64,000 nucleotides of DNA from positions 4,092,001 through 4,156,000 of the forward strand of contig NW_026889756.1 in the NCBI RefSeq assembly GCF_033153115.1, read 5' to 3'. Made by a program: the position numbers and the translations under genes. Positions within the stretch are counted from its first letter, which is position 1. The number at the start of each line of letters is the position of its first letter. The notes under the pieces are model-generated. The model worked only from the letters and a program-made list of their open reading frames with translations, had not been told where the DNA came from and made no database searches. This document shows, piece after piece, positions 22,801-35,656 of this stretch. The DNA comes from Saccostrea echinata. Taxonomy: Eukaryota.

Positions 22801-25800
22801 TGTTTTACATGTTTTATGCTTCCTTTTACTTGATCTAGTCAAATAATTTATGTGCAAAATGGATAGAAGAAATCAATTTAATTGATTTGACTTAAAAATT
22901 ATTTTACAAACTGTAAGTCTACAAATTTACGTTTTTTAACTAATTATACTGAGAAGCATGTTTATACCTTATGCCAAACCCGACTGAATGACGATCCCGA
23001 CCGCCAAACGAACCGAACCGAAAATAGAGATTTTGTACCGTGTTTCAAACCGAGAAAAAATACCGCGGTGAATCGATACCGCGGTGAACCGTTTCACTCC
23101 TAATGCAAAGAAATTAACAATGTTTTCTAGAATTAGAACTACAATGGAGACATGTCAACTCTGAACATGTGCAGTTGGCTGTAATCATGGAAGATTATCC
23201 TACAAAACAATATTTTTGAGGGCCCTTCTCAGAATAAACTTATGCCCCTCATATGTTGTTCATATTATATGATTTTGGTTTTTTTTTAGGTAGTGTATAC
23301 AACATTCCGATCGGGATTTGGATTCTTGACACTCATCCGTACAATCCACCCATGGTGTTTGTGAAACCCACCAACACAATGCAGATAAAACCTGGAAGAA
23401 ATGTGGACTCTAACGGGAAAGTGGATCTACCATATCTACGTGACTGGAGATATGTGAGCATTATAAGATTTTCTACTCCAGGACCATCAGACTTTCTCTA
23501 AATCTGAGAGATAAATTGAGCATTGCTTGTCCTGGTTACAATGACAGTGATAAACTTCTACCATAACAAGCACCTGTTAAAATATTTCAAGTTTATAAAA
23601 TAATAATACAAAATAAGTGGATATGTATATTAAGTCAGATTATCAGAAATGAAGTTGAATCTTTCTGTGGTTGTACAAGTTAGTGTAGAGAGACCTCAGA
23701 CCTATGCTTGTTTCTTTGTCTCAATAAGGATGAGATATCTGTAGAGCTTACTATGGATTTCCAGGGTTCCAGAATGATTTATATTTTGTTTTCAGCCCCA
23801 GTCAGACCTGTTGGGACTGATCCAGATTCTTGTTATTGTGTTTGGAGAAGAACCCCCTGTATTTTCCCGAGCTGCTCCTGCAGCACAGTCCAGACCCCCC
23901 TACCCTGGGGCGGGTCCACCTTATCAAGCTCAGACACCCTACCCAATGCAAGGTCAGAAAACTGGAATCAAGAATTACAATAAAAAGCAAATAGATATGA
24001 AACTATACTATCACAGGTTCTAAGAATGTCTTGATGATTTTTATTAACTGAAATGCTAAATACAAATTAAACTTTGCCAATATTTTTTATATTTGTTAAG
24101 TTTTGAAAAAGGAGTGTTTCTGTTCTGTTCTTTCATTTTTTTAGTACAGTACATAAACCAAGTGTCTACAGACTTTATTTTCCATTTCGTATTGTAGAGG
24201 AAATGGTGAAATGAAAGCCTCAGCAGAAATATAAAGAATACCAACTAACTTTTCTAATTTTTTTATCCACAGGGAGTGGCTTCCCCATGCCCATGCCTAA
24301 CAGTGTGAGCCAGTCCTCGGGGTACCCCCAGTATCCAGCATCAAGTACACAGTACCCTGCCTCTGGGTTCTCTGGCTACCCAGGGGCCGGGTCCACAGGG
24401 TATCCTGGTTACCCCGCCTCCTCTGGATATCCGACCTCTTCTGGTTACCCCACACAGTACCCCAGCAGTACCAACCCTTATGGAGCCCCATCATCAAATC
24501 TACCATACCCACAATACACCAGTCCAGAGACTAACACAAGTAAGTTATACACATACAAGTACATACATATTAATTCTCAAATTATCCCCACTCCATTCAT
24601 GGCCATTTTTACAGTAATGCTATATTTTTTAGAAACATTTTTCTTGCTATTCTTGCATGCTTTCAAATTCTTTTTATAACCCAAATTAGCACACCATTAT
24701 CTGCTACCCTGTTTTCATAACATGACTCAATTCTAAGTGTAAATTTCCTCTAAGTACCACCACAGGTGAATGTGGACAGGGTGGGGCTAATAATCCACAG
24801 AGTGCAGAGAAACATAGTAATTTGGAAATTAAAAAAGACGAGATTTTTTTATTTACTATGACCTGTTGTTCCATTTTCTGATCAGAAAAAAATTATTATA
24901 AAGTTAATTCATGGCTTCACTCCAGAAGCTGATGTTAATTAAGTCCAGTGATGATGATAATGACTTGATAATCTCTGCTTGTGGATACAATGTGAGCTTT
25001 AACACATCTTTTGTTACTCTGTATTTAGTTGGATGATGTAATGTTGAATTGATTATTATAACTTTGAATTTGACTGGTCATTACTAACTTGACATTTGAA
25101 TGGTTGACAGTGACATCAAGTGCCCGGCCGGGGACCAGCACAGTAACTGAGGAACATCTCCGCATGTCCTTGTTATCAGCTGTAGAGGACAAAATGAAAA
25201 GGAGGCTACGTGAAATGTTTGAACAAGCACAGGTATATTAACTTCTATCTGAATTCAATTATTTGATAGGACAATGAAATTTGATTTCACATACTGTATT
25301 AAAATTTGCTCTACAGAATAGAGAATACTACTGGTAATGTGTACAGGAATGAAATATGACAAGGCAACTGCAGTGTTTTTTCTCCTTTAATTAATGAAAT
25401 AACAGCTGACTGTTAGTATTCCTCCTGATTGCACTGTTTAATGTTTACCAAGGATTACACTGCAAGCAGTTAATTTCTTTGATTTTGATTTCTTGACAGG
25501 CGGAGATGAATGTTCTTCATAAAACACAGACTGACCTGATAAAGGGAAAAGAGAAACTAGAGACAATGGTCAAAGATTTGGAGAATGAAAAGGTATGCAG
25601 CGAGACCATGTTAAAAGATTCTCAAGACATCAATTTAAAGTACTGGAAAATCAATAATTTTCTTGAAGTCAAATTTTGGTAGCTTGAGGAGAAAACATTG
25701 GTTATGGGGACAGTGGATCCTCATTTATCCAAACGCTTTGGTTCCCAGTCAATTTGTCCGGATATGTGAAGCATCAGGATACCTGAATTGCCTTGATTTT

Positions 25801-26685
25801 AGTTATATTGCCTTTCATACCATTTCAGTTTCAATAGTAAAGAATGTTGCTTTACATCAATATGTTTTATTGTTTAAATACTTTAATATAAGTTAGTACT
25901 ACTCAATACTTGTTTAAATAAATAAAAAAGGTACATGTGTCATTGGAAAAACGTGTTTATATGGTCACATTAATAATTTTTTCTTCCCAGTGTCTAATAA
26001 ATCAACTTCTCCTAGTAGCCATGCCAGTACCGTCGGTAGAGTCTTATTTAATATGAATGCCCATCAATGCTAAATGTGACATAATCTGCACATGTATACA
26101 AACGCTAATCGTAATCATCCAAAGCGAGATTGTATAAACGATTGTGTAATTTTGAAAGTGATTTTATAAATGTCATCAAATCATAGAATCTGTTTTCTGC
26201 ACAAAATAATGTACATAGGAAAAACTCTGATGTCATGTCTATAAATACATAAAACCATTATACATGTACGACTGTATTCTAACAGTAAAAGAAATATATT
26301 TGCAGACTACGAAAAAATATCGTAGACTTATAGAATCATTTCCCTTAATTAATACGTATCAAAACCATGTTAGAGAAGCGAGAGTCTTGACGTGCGTACC
26401 TATCGACCTACAATTAACCTTGCCATTGATAACAGGTCGCAGGTGATCATCTTTTAAAACAAACAGCCAGACCAGTGTTTTTACAACAATTAACACCCAG
26501 ATCAAGAAATTTGAGCAGACTTGACAGACCAGTTAAAAATTATCATCCGGATAAATGAACCAAAATATAATGTAAAAATTCATTTTGTGGTGAAAAAAGA
26601 CCGTCTGGATACGGAACCTGGAATTCCGGTTAAACGAGACAAAATAACGTTAAATAATTTCGTTCCCATGAATAATCGTATGGAA

Positions 26686-26722
<37 letters not shown>

Positions 26723-29353
26723 AGGTCCACTGGATATGATTTCAGATAATTTCCTTGTTAAGTGGTGATGTAATAGTAGTACTTACCTAGTAATTTTTAC
26801 AATTTGTGTGGGTCATACTTGCATGGGTCTCTTTTCACCGCAAAAATAACGAAAATTAAACCCCAAGGAAATTTAGTGATTTCCCAGTAGATGGACTATT
26901 TGGAAGTATTTGGATCATTTATAATGAAAGGATAAACAGGTAACTTAAATGATAAAGGTACATGTTCTATAAAGTTATTAAAAAAATCAGAAATAAAGTA
27001 GATATGATGAGTATTTTGTTACAGATATGTAGAGAATATGCCTTTTGTGAATATTATTTTCCCTATCTTTAAAAATTGATGAAAAATGAAATAAATTTGT
27101 TTAAAAATTAGATTAAATAAATAAGTGTGAAAAGTTTAGAAACCCGTATGGATGGGGCAGATTCTTATATGGTCTGATTTAAGTAGGATTGATACAGGGC
27201 TCCAAGTTTTCAGATTTCTAAGACTTTTTTTTGTCTGTAGATGGAGATAGAAAACAACATTTCACTGTTAGAAGAAAAGGATAAAGAGGTTAAAGAAGTC
27301 TTGAGAAAACTGGACAATCAGGACAAACTGGACATTGATGAGGCAGTGGTCACCACAACTCCACTGTATAGACAGTATGTAATGTTATCTCCCCTCTCAC
27401 CTCAATAGTTAAGACCACATGGTTTTTAAACCCCAATGTACAGACATTTTATATTGTTATCAGTGCACTGTGCTGTAGGATTGTACAGTTATCAGCCACT
27501 TCCACATCAGTATTGAAAACCACGTGGTTTCTACCTCCCTCTGTATTTATATGTAGATTATAATATTGCCATCTCTGATGGTTACATATACAACCCTCTG
27601 CTCACTGAATTTCTTTCAATTGTCTATTTATAGGCTGTTGAATTCCTTTGTTTATAGGCTGTTAAATTCCTTTGTTTATAAGCTGTTAAATTCCTTTGTT
27701 TATAAGTGTTAAATTCCTTTGTTTATAAGCTGTTAAATTCCTTTGTTAATAAGCTGTTAAACTCCTTCGTTTATAAGCTGTTAAATCCCTTTGTTTATAG
27801 GCTGCTGAATTCTTTTGTTTATAAGCTGTTAAATTCCTTTGTTTATAAGCTGTTAAATTCCTTTGTTAATAAGCTGTTAAATTCCTTTGTTTATAATCTG
27901 TTAAATTCCTTTTTTATAAGCTGTTAAATTCTTTTGTTTATAAGCTGTTAAATTCCTTTGTTTATAAGCTGTTAAATTCCTTTGTTTATAAGTGTTAAAT
28001 TCCTTTGTTTATAAGCTGTTAAATTCCTTTGTTAATAAGCTGTTAAACTCCTTCGTTTATAAGCTGTTAAATCCCTTTGTTTATAGGCTGCTGAATTCTT
28101 TTGTTTATAAGCTGTAAAATTCTTTTGTTTATAAGCTGTTAAATTCCTTTGTTTATAAGCTGTTAAATTCCTTTGTTTATAAGTGTTAAATTCCTTTGTT
28201 TATAAGCTGTTAAATTCCTTTGTTAATAAGCTGTTAAACTCCTTCATTTATAAGCTGTTAAATCCCTTTGTTTATAGGCTGCTGAATTCTTTTGTTTATA
28301 AGCTGTTAAATTCTTTCGTTTATAAGCTGTTAAATTCCTTTGTTTATAAGCTGTTAAATTCCTTTGTTTATAAGTGTTAAATTCCTTTGTTTATAAGCTG
28401 TTAAATTCCTTTGTTAATGAGCTGTTAAACTCCTTCATTTATAAGCTGTTAAATCCCTTTGTTTATAGGCTGCTGAATTCTTTTGTTTATAAGCTGTTAA
28501 ACTCCTTTGTTTATAAGCTGTTAAATTCCTTTGTTTATAAGCTGTTAAATTCCTTTGTTTATAAGTGTTAAATTCCTTTGTTTATAAGCTGTTAAATTCC
28601 TTTGTTAATAAGCTGTTAAATTCCTTCGTTTATAAGCTATTAAATCCCTTTGTTTATAGGCTGCTGAATTCTTTTGTTTATAAGCTGTTAAATTCCTTTG
28701 TTTATAAGCTGTTAAATTCCTTTGTTTATAAGCTGTTAAATTCCTTAGTTTATAAGCTGTTAAATTCCTTTGTTTATAAGCTGTTAAATTTCTTCATTTA
28801 TAAGCTGTTAAATTCCTTCGTTTATAAGCTGTTAAACTCCTTCGTTTATAAGCTGTTTAATTCCTTTGTTTATAGGCTGCTGATTTCTTTTGTGTATAGG
28901 TTGTTGAATGCCTTTGTTTATAGGTTGTTGAATGCCTTTGTTTATAGGTTGTTGAATGCCTTTGTTTATAGGCTATTGAATTTCTTTGTTTACAGGCTGC
29001 TGAATTCCTTCGCTGAGGAGCAGGCGATAGAGGATGCTATTTATTATCTGGGAGAGGCCCTGCGTAAAGACGTCATCGATCTCGATGTATTTCTCAAAGT
29101 CAGTACAAATAGCAAATATTTATTAAATGTCATCGCGTACTTGTGTTAAATCCAATCATATTACAAAATTTATTGTATATGTTGAATAAGAAAAAAAAAG
29201 TATCAATTTCTTTTTTATCAAATTTATGAATTAAAAATGACGATTTTTTTTTTAAACCTGCAGCAAGTACGAGAGTTATCAAGGAGGCAGTTTTTCTTAC
29301 GAGCGATAATACAGAAATGTCGAGAGAAGGCGGGACTTCCTCCAATGGCGTGA
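19806..29353 (+). CDS. TSG101: Tumor susceptibility gene 101 protein (ESCRT-I, Vps23)
   Basis: Exons 19806-19847, 21134-21218, 21434-21499, 23290-23453, 23796-23952, 24273-24539, 25111-25232, 25500-25592, 27241-27374, 28996-29098, 29264-29353. UEV domain (FNDGTRKDLLNLDGTIPVQYKG, YNIPIGIWILDTHPYNPPMVFVKPT, PQSDLLGLIQ), Pro/Tyr-rich region, coiled coil and steadiness box (AEEQAIEDAIYYLGEALRKDVIDLDVFLKQVRELSRRQFFLRA). Confidence 0.96.
20240..20660 (-). mobile_element. L2/CR1-type LINE 3' fragment
   Basis: Minus-strand translation AARIILDAAPDQPSKPLFEKLECLNV...YLQDLF...YSGVYLWNSLP is the typical C-terminal tail of L2/CR1 ORF2. Confidence 0.65.
20725..20923 (+). repeat. ~21 bp tandem repeats, probably subterminal repeats of a DNA-transposon end
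   Basis: gggccgacctgtctta(ta)tctt recurs about 6 times and ends in gaggtgtctgacattc. Confidence 0.6.
21504..22300. mobile_element. hAT-like MITE with 5 bp TSD (hAT5-type) inserted in the TSG101 exon 3 donor
   Basis: TIR caggg(g/c)tagacaaatag; ggtat duplicated at 21499-21503 and 22301-22305. Confidence 0.85.
22689..23102. mobile_element. hAT-like MITE
   Basis: TIR taggggtgaaacg...cgtttcactccta; CpG-rich subterminal aaccg/cggtt repeats; no clear TSD. Confidence 0.7.
25710..26730. mobile_element. pogo/Tigger-like MITE nested in an older MITE (about 25643-26888)
   Basis: Termini cagtgga...tccactg with tccggata subterminal repeats; outer termini ctggaaaatca...tgatttcccag. Confidence 0.7.
27624..29011 (+). 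repeat. 24 bp minisatellite, ~57 copies, with 191 bp higher-order period; unit = TSG101 exon 10 acceptor + exon start
   Basis: Unit tttgtttataagctgttaaattcc; 23-nt variants recur at 27992, 28183, 28374 and 28565 (191 = 7x24+23); the last copy tttgtttacag|gctgctgaattcc is the real junction. Confidence 0.97.
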
Positions 29354-30589
29354 ACAATTTTATATTTATGGACTGATCGTGTGACATTACTGTGGAAAAT
29401 TCTTCTCATGTGATACTTATGACAACATGGCAATTGCATACCAGCTTCACCAAATGTGTGGGACTGTTTTAGAAAATTTTATTATATAGATAATGCACTA
29501 TCAACATCCCCTGCAAAAAATAAAGGGAACTCAATACTGATTTGAAATGGGCTTTGATGTCAGTTAGATTTTATTTAAATTAATTTCTGTAGATTCTTTT
29601 TTCCAATGTTATCATAAGGGGATACACCATGTATCTCTCATACAAATACTGATGTATAAAGAAAGAGTCTTTTATACAAGTTAGAAAAAATTATGTTATG
29701 CAGACTAACGCAGAAAGATAGGGACATCCAACAAAAGGAATTCTTACAATTAAATGTCTTCATGGACAATGGTTCACAGTTGAAATCTCTGTATGGAACA
29801 GAAACACCATAAGCTAAAAAAACAATGTATATATGTGAATGTCAGTAAACAGATATTCCCATGGATTTGTAAATCAGTCTTCAAAGTTATGTGCTCACTA
29901 TAAATTCATCTACATTTCATGTACATGTGTACATCTACCCAAATCAAGGACTATTCATATAAAATGTTGGCTTTTTTGGACGTTGGGAAGTGAATTTGAT
30001 GACGATAGCGACTGTTTAGGCAATAGAATAGTTTTGTACTCTTGTAAATGAGGAAGTAATTTGATTTTTGGAAATGAGGATCATAACAAATTATTGACAA
30101 AGAAAATTTGTTTTATTGACTGATATTTAGTACTGAACACACAGTCATGTAATACCAGACAGATTATATCTGTATATAATGGAAATTAAATGTGTCATAT
30201 TGAAATATTTGTTTTGAATATTCTTCTACCCAATTCTGTGTTGCTCTTCTTTCAGTGGAGTCTTGCAAACTATCTGACATGTAATGTTGACCAAGTCCTA
30301 TTCAGTATTTACCTGCTTGTTAAGGGTTTTCTGTGGGGAGTATTGTGATTTATATTTGTATAGTAGGTGGATTATATTTCTTTAAGAAATGTCAATTCTA
30401 TCAATTTTAGATGTACCAAATTATTATCATAATTAAAAGTGGAAGTAAAAGGATACAAGGTTTTTTTTCTTGCGTGTAATATTTTTTTTCTTTCTTTTAC
30501 GACACAAGAATATCATTCAGGTAAATTTGATATCTTAGTTTTCAGTGGTTTTAATTGGGAAAATGCTACACATGCAGTCATATACAATT

Positions 30590-31060
30590 GTCTGTAAATT
30601 TTTCACATTTTTGTCTTCTTCTGCAGAACCACTGGGGCAATTTTAACCAAACTTGTCACAACGCATTTTTGAGTGTAGAGCATGCAGATTTGTTATTTGT
30701 TTTGCCATGTCCTCTTTTAAGAGAGAAAATAAAGAAGTAGTTAAGATTTTGTAGCATCATTCAAAAATCTCAAGATTAAGTGAATACTGTATTATACTAT
30801 GGTAGATTCAAATTAAGTTTGTTCTTTTTAGGCCGCTTGCATGTTTATGGGGTAGTGGATCAAATTTTTTCATTGGAATATGTAGAGAAAAATCTTTGAA
30901 AATCTTTTTCTCAAGAACAGCACTGTCAGCAGGGCCATGATTAGTGATATAAACAGGTAGTAATAAGTGCAGATTCAAGTTTGTTCATATCATGGCTTTT
31001 GGGGTTAGGATGGAGCAACAATAAGGATTCAGAATTTTACATGTGAATATTAATATATTA
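30590..31060 (+). mobile_element. Degenerate HINE related to 17335-19202
   Basis: tgtctgtaaatttttcacattttt...agaaccactgggg...aaccaaacttg is homologous to 17400-17470. Confidence 0.6.
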
Positions 31061-31062
31061 TG

Positions 31063-31231
31063 CAGTAAAACACGCGTATAGCGAACACGTTCAGAATGAC
31101 GCTTACAGCGAACTAATTTCCATTCTCCGTGGCTTTAAAATATATTGATAACGTAACAGATATAACGAACTACGTTTATAATGAAGCAAAATGGTCCGTC
31201 CCTGGCACTTCGTTATAAGCGTGTTTTACTG
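31063..31231. mobile_element. pogo-like MITE
   Basis: TIR cagtaaaacacgc...gcgtgttttactg. Confidence 0.8.
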
Positions 31232-31284
31232 TATATAATATGGAATTTATGTCCCATGCTTAAGTTGGTAGAATATCTAACCAG

Positions 31285-32666
31285 AAGTCTCTGATGAGAC
31301 TGTAGCTCTACTGGTCTGTTTGTACAACAAAAGAAAAGTAGCACTTGGATTTGAAACATTGCAACATGCAACAATAAATAGAATTATGTATCTTAATGTA
31401 GTCTACTTCTGTGCCAAGTTATATTGAAATCAAATGAAAACTGTAGGAGGAGTAGCATTTTGAAAGTATTTCACAGAAATTTCTATATTTAGTAACCATG
31501 ACAACACCATTCACCCAAATAAAAAAAAACAGAAATACATATTATGTATCGTAGTGTATTCTAACTGTGTGCCAAATTAGATTGAAATCAGACCAAAATT
31601 GTAGGAGGAGTAACGTTTAATGGGAATTTCACAAAAATTTCTATTTTAAGTAACCATGGCAACACTGTTCATCGAATTCAAAAACCAATGCAATAAATTT
31701 TGTATCTTAGTTTAGTCTTCTTGTATGCCTAATTATATTAGAAGCAGACTAAAACTGTAGCAGGAGTAGTGTTTTAAAGGAATTTCACAGAAATTTCTAT
31801 TTTTAGTAACCATGGCAACACCATCCATTGAATTCAAAAACCGATGCAATAAATTATGTATCTTAGTGTAGTCTACTTGTGTGCCAAGTTATATTGAAAT
31901 CGGACCAAAACTGTAGGAGGAGTAGCGTTTTAAAGGAATTTCACAGAAATTTCTATTTTTAGTAACCATGGCAACACCGTCCATCGAAATCAAAAACTGA
32001 TGCACTAAGTTATGTATCTTAGTGTAGTCTACTTGTGTGCCAAGTTCTATAGAAATCGGACCAAAACTGTAGGAGAAGTAGCGTTTTAAAGGAATTTCAC
32101 AGAAATTTCTATTTTTAGTAACCATGGCAACACCGTCCATCGAAATCAAAAATCGATGCACTAAATTATGTATCTTAGTGTAATCTACTTGTGTGCCAAG
32201 TTATATTGAAATCGGATCAAAACTGTAGGAGGAGTAGCGTTTTAAAGGAATTTCACAGAAATTTCTATTTTTAGTAACCATGGCAACACCGTCCATCGAA
32301 ATCAAAAACCGATGCACTAACTTATGTATCTTAGTGTAGTCTACTTGTGTGCCAAGTTATATTGAAATCGGACCAAAACTGTAGGAGAAGTAGCGTTTTA
32401 AAGGAATTTCACAGAAATTTCTATTTTTAGTAACCATGGCAACACCGTCCGTCGAAATCAAAAACCGATGCACTAACTTATGTATCTTAGTGTAGTCTAC
32501 TTGTGTGCCAAGTTATATTGAAATCGGACAAAAACTGTAGGAGGAGTAGCGTTTTGAAAAATTGTTTACAGACAGACGGACAGACAGCTAGACAGACGGA
32601 CGGACGAACGACGGACACCTTACTATCGCATTAGCTCTTCTGGTCTCTGACCAGTAGAGCTAAAAA
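31285..32666 (-). mobile_element. HINE with ~7-8 internal 156 bp units
   Basis: 5' end tttttagctctactggtc at 32666, (GTCC/GTCT)n tract; aaccatggcaacacc recurs at exactly 156 bp spacing (31808, 31964, 32120, 32276, 32432); subterminal inverted copy plus hairpin at 31288-31318. Confidence 0.88.
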
Positions 32667-32855
32667 TGAAGAAGTAGAAAAAGAACGATTGACCTCTACC
32701 TTTTATCTTCTTGCCTAAAAATCAATAGGGGTTTTTCCTCAGTTAGAGAAATTCATCCCCTTAATTTTCATTGCAAAAGTTTAAGAAGAATTATCTTTAT
32801 CGTCCTAAAAATAGTTTATGCAATACATAAATTTCTGACCTGGGCCTTTTGATTG

Positions 32856-33411
32856 CAATCTAATTAAAATTAGAGGTTCCGTATCCGCTACCGCTTCTTC
32901 TCAAACATCGAACAACATCCCATTCTGGGTCACGTCAGAGCGACCTTTCGATTAGCCAATGAAATAGCCTCCGAAATCTTGGCTTATAGTTGGATGCGTT
33001 TCTTTTTTCACTGGTAAACTTAATTAAACGCCCGAGGAGTTTCGTAGTAAACAAAATATGGCAAGGAGCTTGCTATGTATGAATGTGACGTGGGGGATAT
33101 TTTGCATAGTTTGTGCATTTTCGTTTGTGTTATTCAGGTAAGAATGCCAGATTGGCGGACTATTCATTCAATTTATACCAAAATTACTTTAATTCAACGT
33201 TAGACGGACTACTGAGCATCAATAATGTTAACAGTTAAGATGTAGCTGTTGAACTAATTTTAGAATCGTATTCAGAAGCTTGAATCTGATTGGTCAAAAT
33301 TTTCATGTTTATTCATAATCGAAAGGTCGCTCTGACGTGACCCCGAATGGGATGTTATTAGATGTTTGAGAAGCGGTAGCGGATTCGAAACATCTAATTT
33401 TAATTAGATTG
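32856..33411. mobile_element. Long-TIR (~95 bp) foldback MITE with 9 bp TSD (Mutator-like)
   Basis: caatctaattaaaattaga...gagcgacctttcgatta is mirrored at 33317-33411; flanks ttttgattg / ttttgatcg. Confidence 0.82.
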
Positions 33412-33531
33412 TTTTGATCGCAAAATCAATAAGGGTCTTCTTTAGGAAGTTGTGATATAAATAAATAGAATTAAAGTTACATGTATCACCATTTTATGCA
33501 TTATACAAAATTATGATCATTGACATTTTGA

Positions 33532-33653
33532 TCACAGGCGCTTGACGTTTTTAACCTTTCTTTTCATAAATAAAAAATCCCCCATACTATAATAATAGTA
33601 TGGGGGATTTTTTATTTATGAAAAGAAAGGTTAAAACCGTCAAGCGCCTGTGA
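33532..33653. mobile_element. 122 bp pure hairpin element with 6 bp TSD
   Basis: Near-perfect palindrome tcacaggcgcttgacg...cgtcaagcgcctgtga; ttttga on both sides. Confidence 0.8.
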
Positions 33654-34218
33654 TTTTGACCTCAAAATCAAGAGTGGTCTTCTTTAAGTTACAGAAAGTT
33701 ATAGTATAAAGTTTCACTGAAAGAACAAAGATTTTATTGAGGTATCATCCGGAAACTTAAGTGTTGCACATAGACAAAATGATAGATTAATATTCCACGC
33801 TTTTAGTGGAAGCATGGGACAGAAAATCTTCTTAACAGTGGGTCCATAAAAAGTGATAATAACCAAGCATTATAAGGTTGTGTAAATCAAGAGGATAGAA
33901 TCAGACCCCTAAAAGTTTAAGCTAAAATTCTTGAATACTAATCATGCTAATAGACCTACGATCACCGTTGCAAACATTGTGAATTGCATGCGTTGTGGTG
34001 CCTTGCAATGTGTTGACCTAACAGGTGGTCACAATGACCTTCCTTTTCAATACTCTGGTAGCCTATAAAGTTTTGAAATATTTAAACACATGTGTTTTTA
34101 ACACTATGAAATGTAGAGTTACCAAACCTAAAGAGCTGATGCGATTTAGGACCCATTTTATTAACTTTTAATTATTACCTTTTATTTTAAATTCAAGCCT
34201 AAATAATTCCAATCTTAA

Positions 34219-34374
34219 TTTTTAGCTCTAATGGTCAGAGACCAGAAGAGCTTATGCGATATTAAGGTGTCCGTCGTCCGTCCGTCTGTAAACAATTTTT
34301 CAAAACGCTACTCCTCCTACAGTTTTGGTCTGATTTCAATATAACTTGGCACACAAGTAGACTACACTAAGATA
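34219..34374 (+). mobile_element. Truncated copy of the same HINE family, inverted relative to 31285-32666
   Basis: Near-identical reverse complement of about 32480-32666; stops abruptly at ...cactaagata. Confidence 0.8.
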
Positions 34375-34996
34375 TCATCATATTAATCCTAAAATATACC
34401 AGAAATAAGCGATATTGTTAAAAAGATGTTAAAATATGGAAACGTAAACAGATGAACAACTGAACGATAACTAAACTGAGCCCAAGGTTTAACAAGGGGT
34501 ATTTCCTCCTTCATGTGTGCTACAGTAACTGTAAAGTTACATGAATTAGCGATCTCAAAATATAGAGTAATATTCCTCTATTTATCTGACTAGAGCATTC
34601 ATAGATTAGCGCACTTGAGATTGAAAAAGAGAATTTAAGTTTTAATCATATTAGTTTGTATGAACATGAATAAGCGGACAATAAGCAACACTGAAGACAC
34701 TATAAATATCACTACTGAGATAGGTATGTTTACACTAAGTATTATTAAGGCTTAGGTTTAATATGTTTGTACCATAGTTAGCTGTTTTTTCTTTTGTTAA
34801 AAGTGTAGGTTATCTGTACATAACCCGAACTTTTCTATAAACCACACCCACGAACTCAGGAGAAAAAAAAAACGAAAAAACGAGCTGAAAATTTTTAATC
34901 AAATGATCATCTGTACTAACTGTACCAAATTAGAAGAAAAACTTCCTTCTTCATTATGTCGACACACATTACATTAATGTAATTGTAATTACAAAT

Positions 34997-35656
34997 GGTT
35001 TGTTCCCATTTCGCCTTAACTGTGAAATTTGGTATTCCCATTTCGCCTTAGTACGCTCTGAGGTGAATTAAGGCGAAATGGGAACTTGTATAAACACCTC
35101 ATTAAGTCTAAATATTGTTTGTGTAGCAGTATTATTATGAATTTTGAATTAAGGTATTAGTAATTTTGTGAAATTCTTGTGGAGGTAGAGTTGACATAAA
35201 AATTATAAAGTTTTATTTTAAGTATTACTTATTATCATTTTATATTTGTTTATTTTTACAGATGTTAAGAGTGATATTTTTACAGGTGTTAAGAGTGATA
35301 AACAGTGATATATACATTTTACAATAAAATTCAAGGAGCACATTGTGAAAGAGAACATTAATGGAAATCATTATTTTTAACAAATATATATAAAAAATAA
35401 TATTATTTCTTTCACAGTATTCATAAATTAGTTCCCATTTTAAGTTGAATCTACATTTTTATCTTCAAATGTACAAAGACTAAAGAATCATTTTAAATCC
35501 CAAATACTGTGTAATTAACGAGTCGTCATAAAACACCTCATCGATTTTCAAGGATTGTTTTTACAATACTATTATTAAGAAATTTCCAGTTCGCCTTAGT
35601 ACTTTTTTACTTTTGCTTAGCTCTATTTCACAATTAAGGCGAAATGGGAACACACC
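34997..35656. mobile_element. MITE with ~31 bp TIR and 8 bp TSD at the Crypton stop codon
   Basis: TIR ggt(t/g)tgttcccatttcgccttaa(c/t)tgtgaaa; ttacaaat duplicated at 34989-34996 and 35657-35664. Confidence 0.87.

Noticed and set aside
27706-28571. LLNSFVYK repeat ORFs as independent genes
   Set aside because: They are translations of the intronic 24 bp minisatellite; only 28996-29098 is a TSG101 exon.
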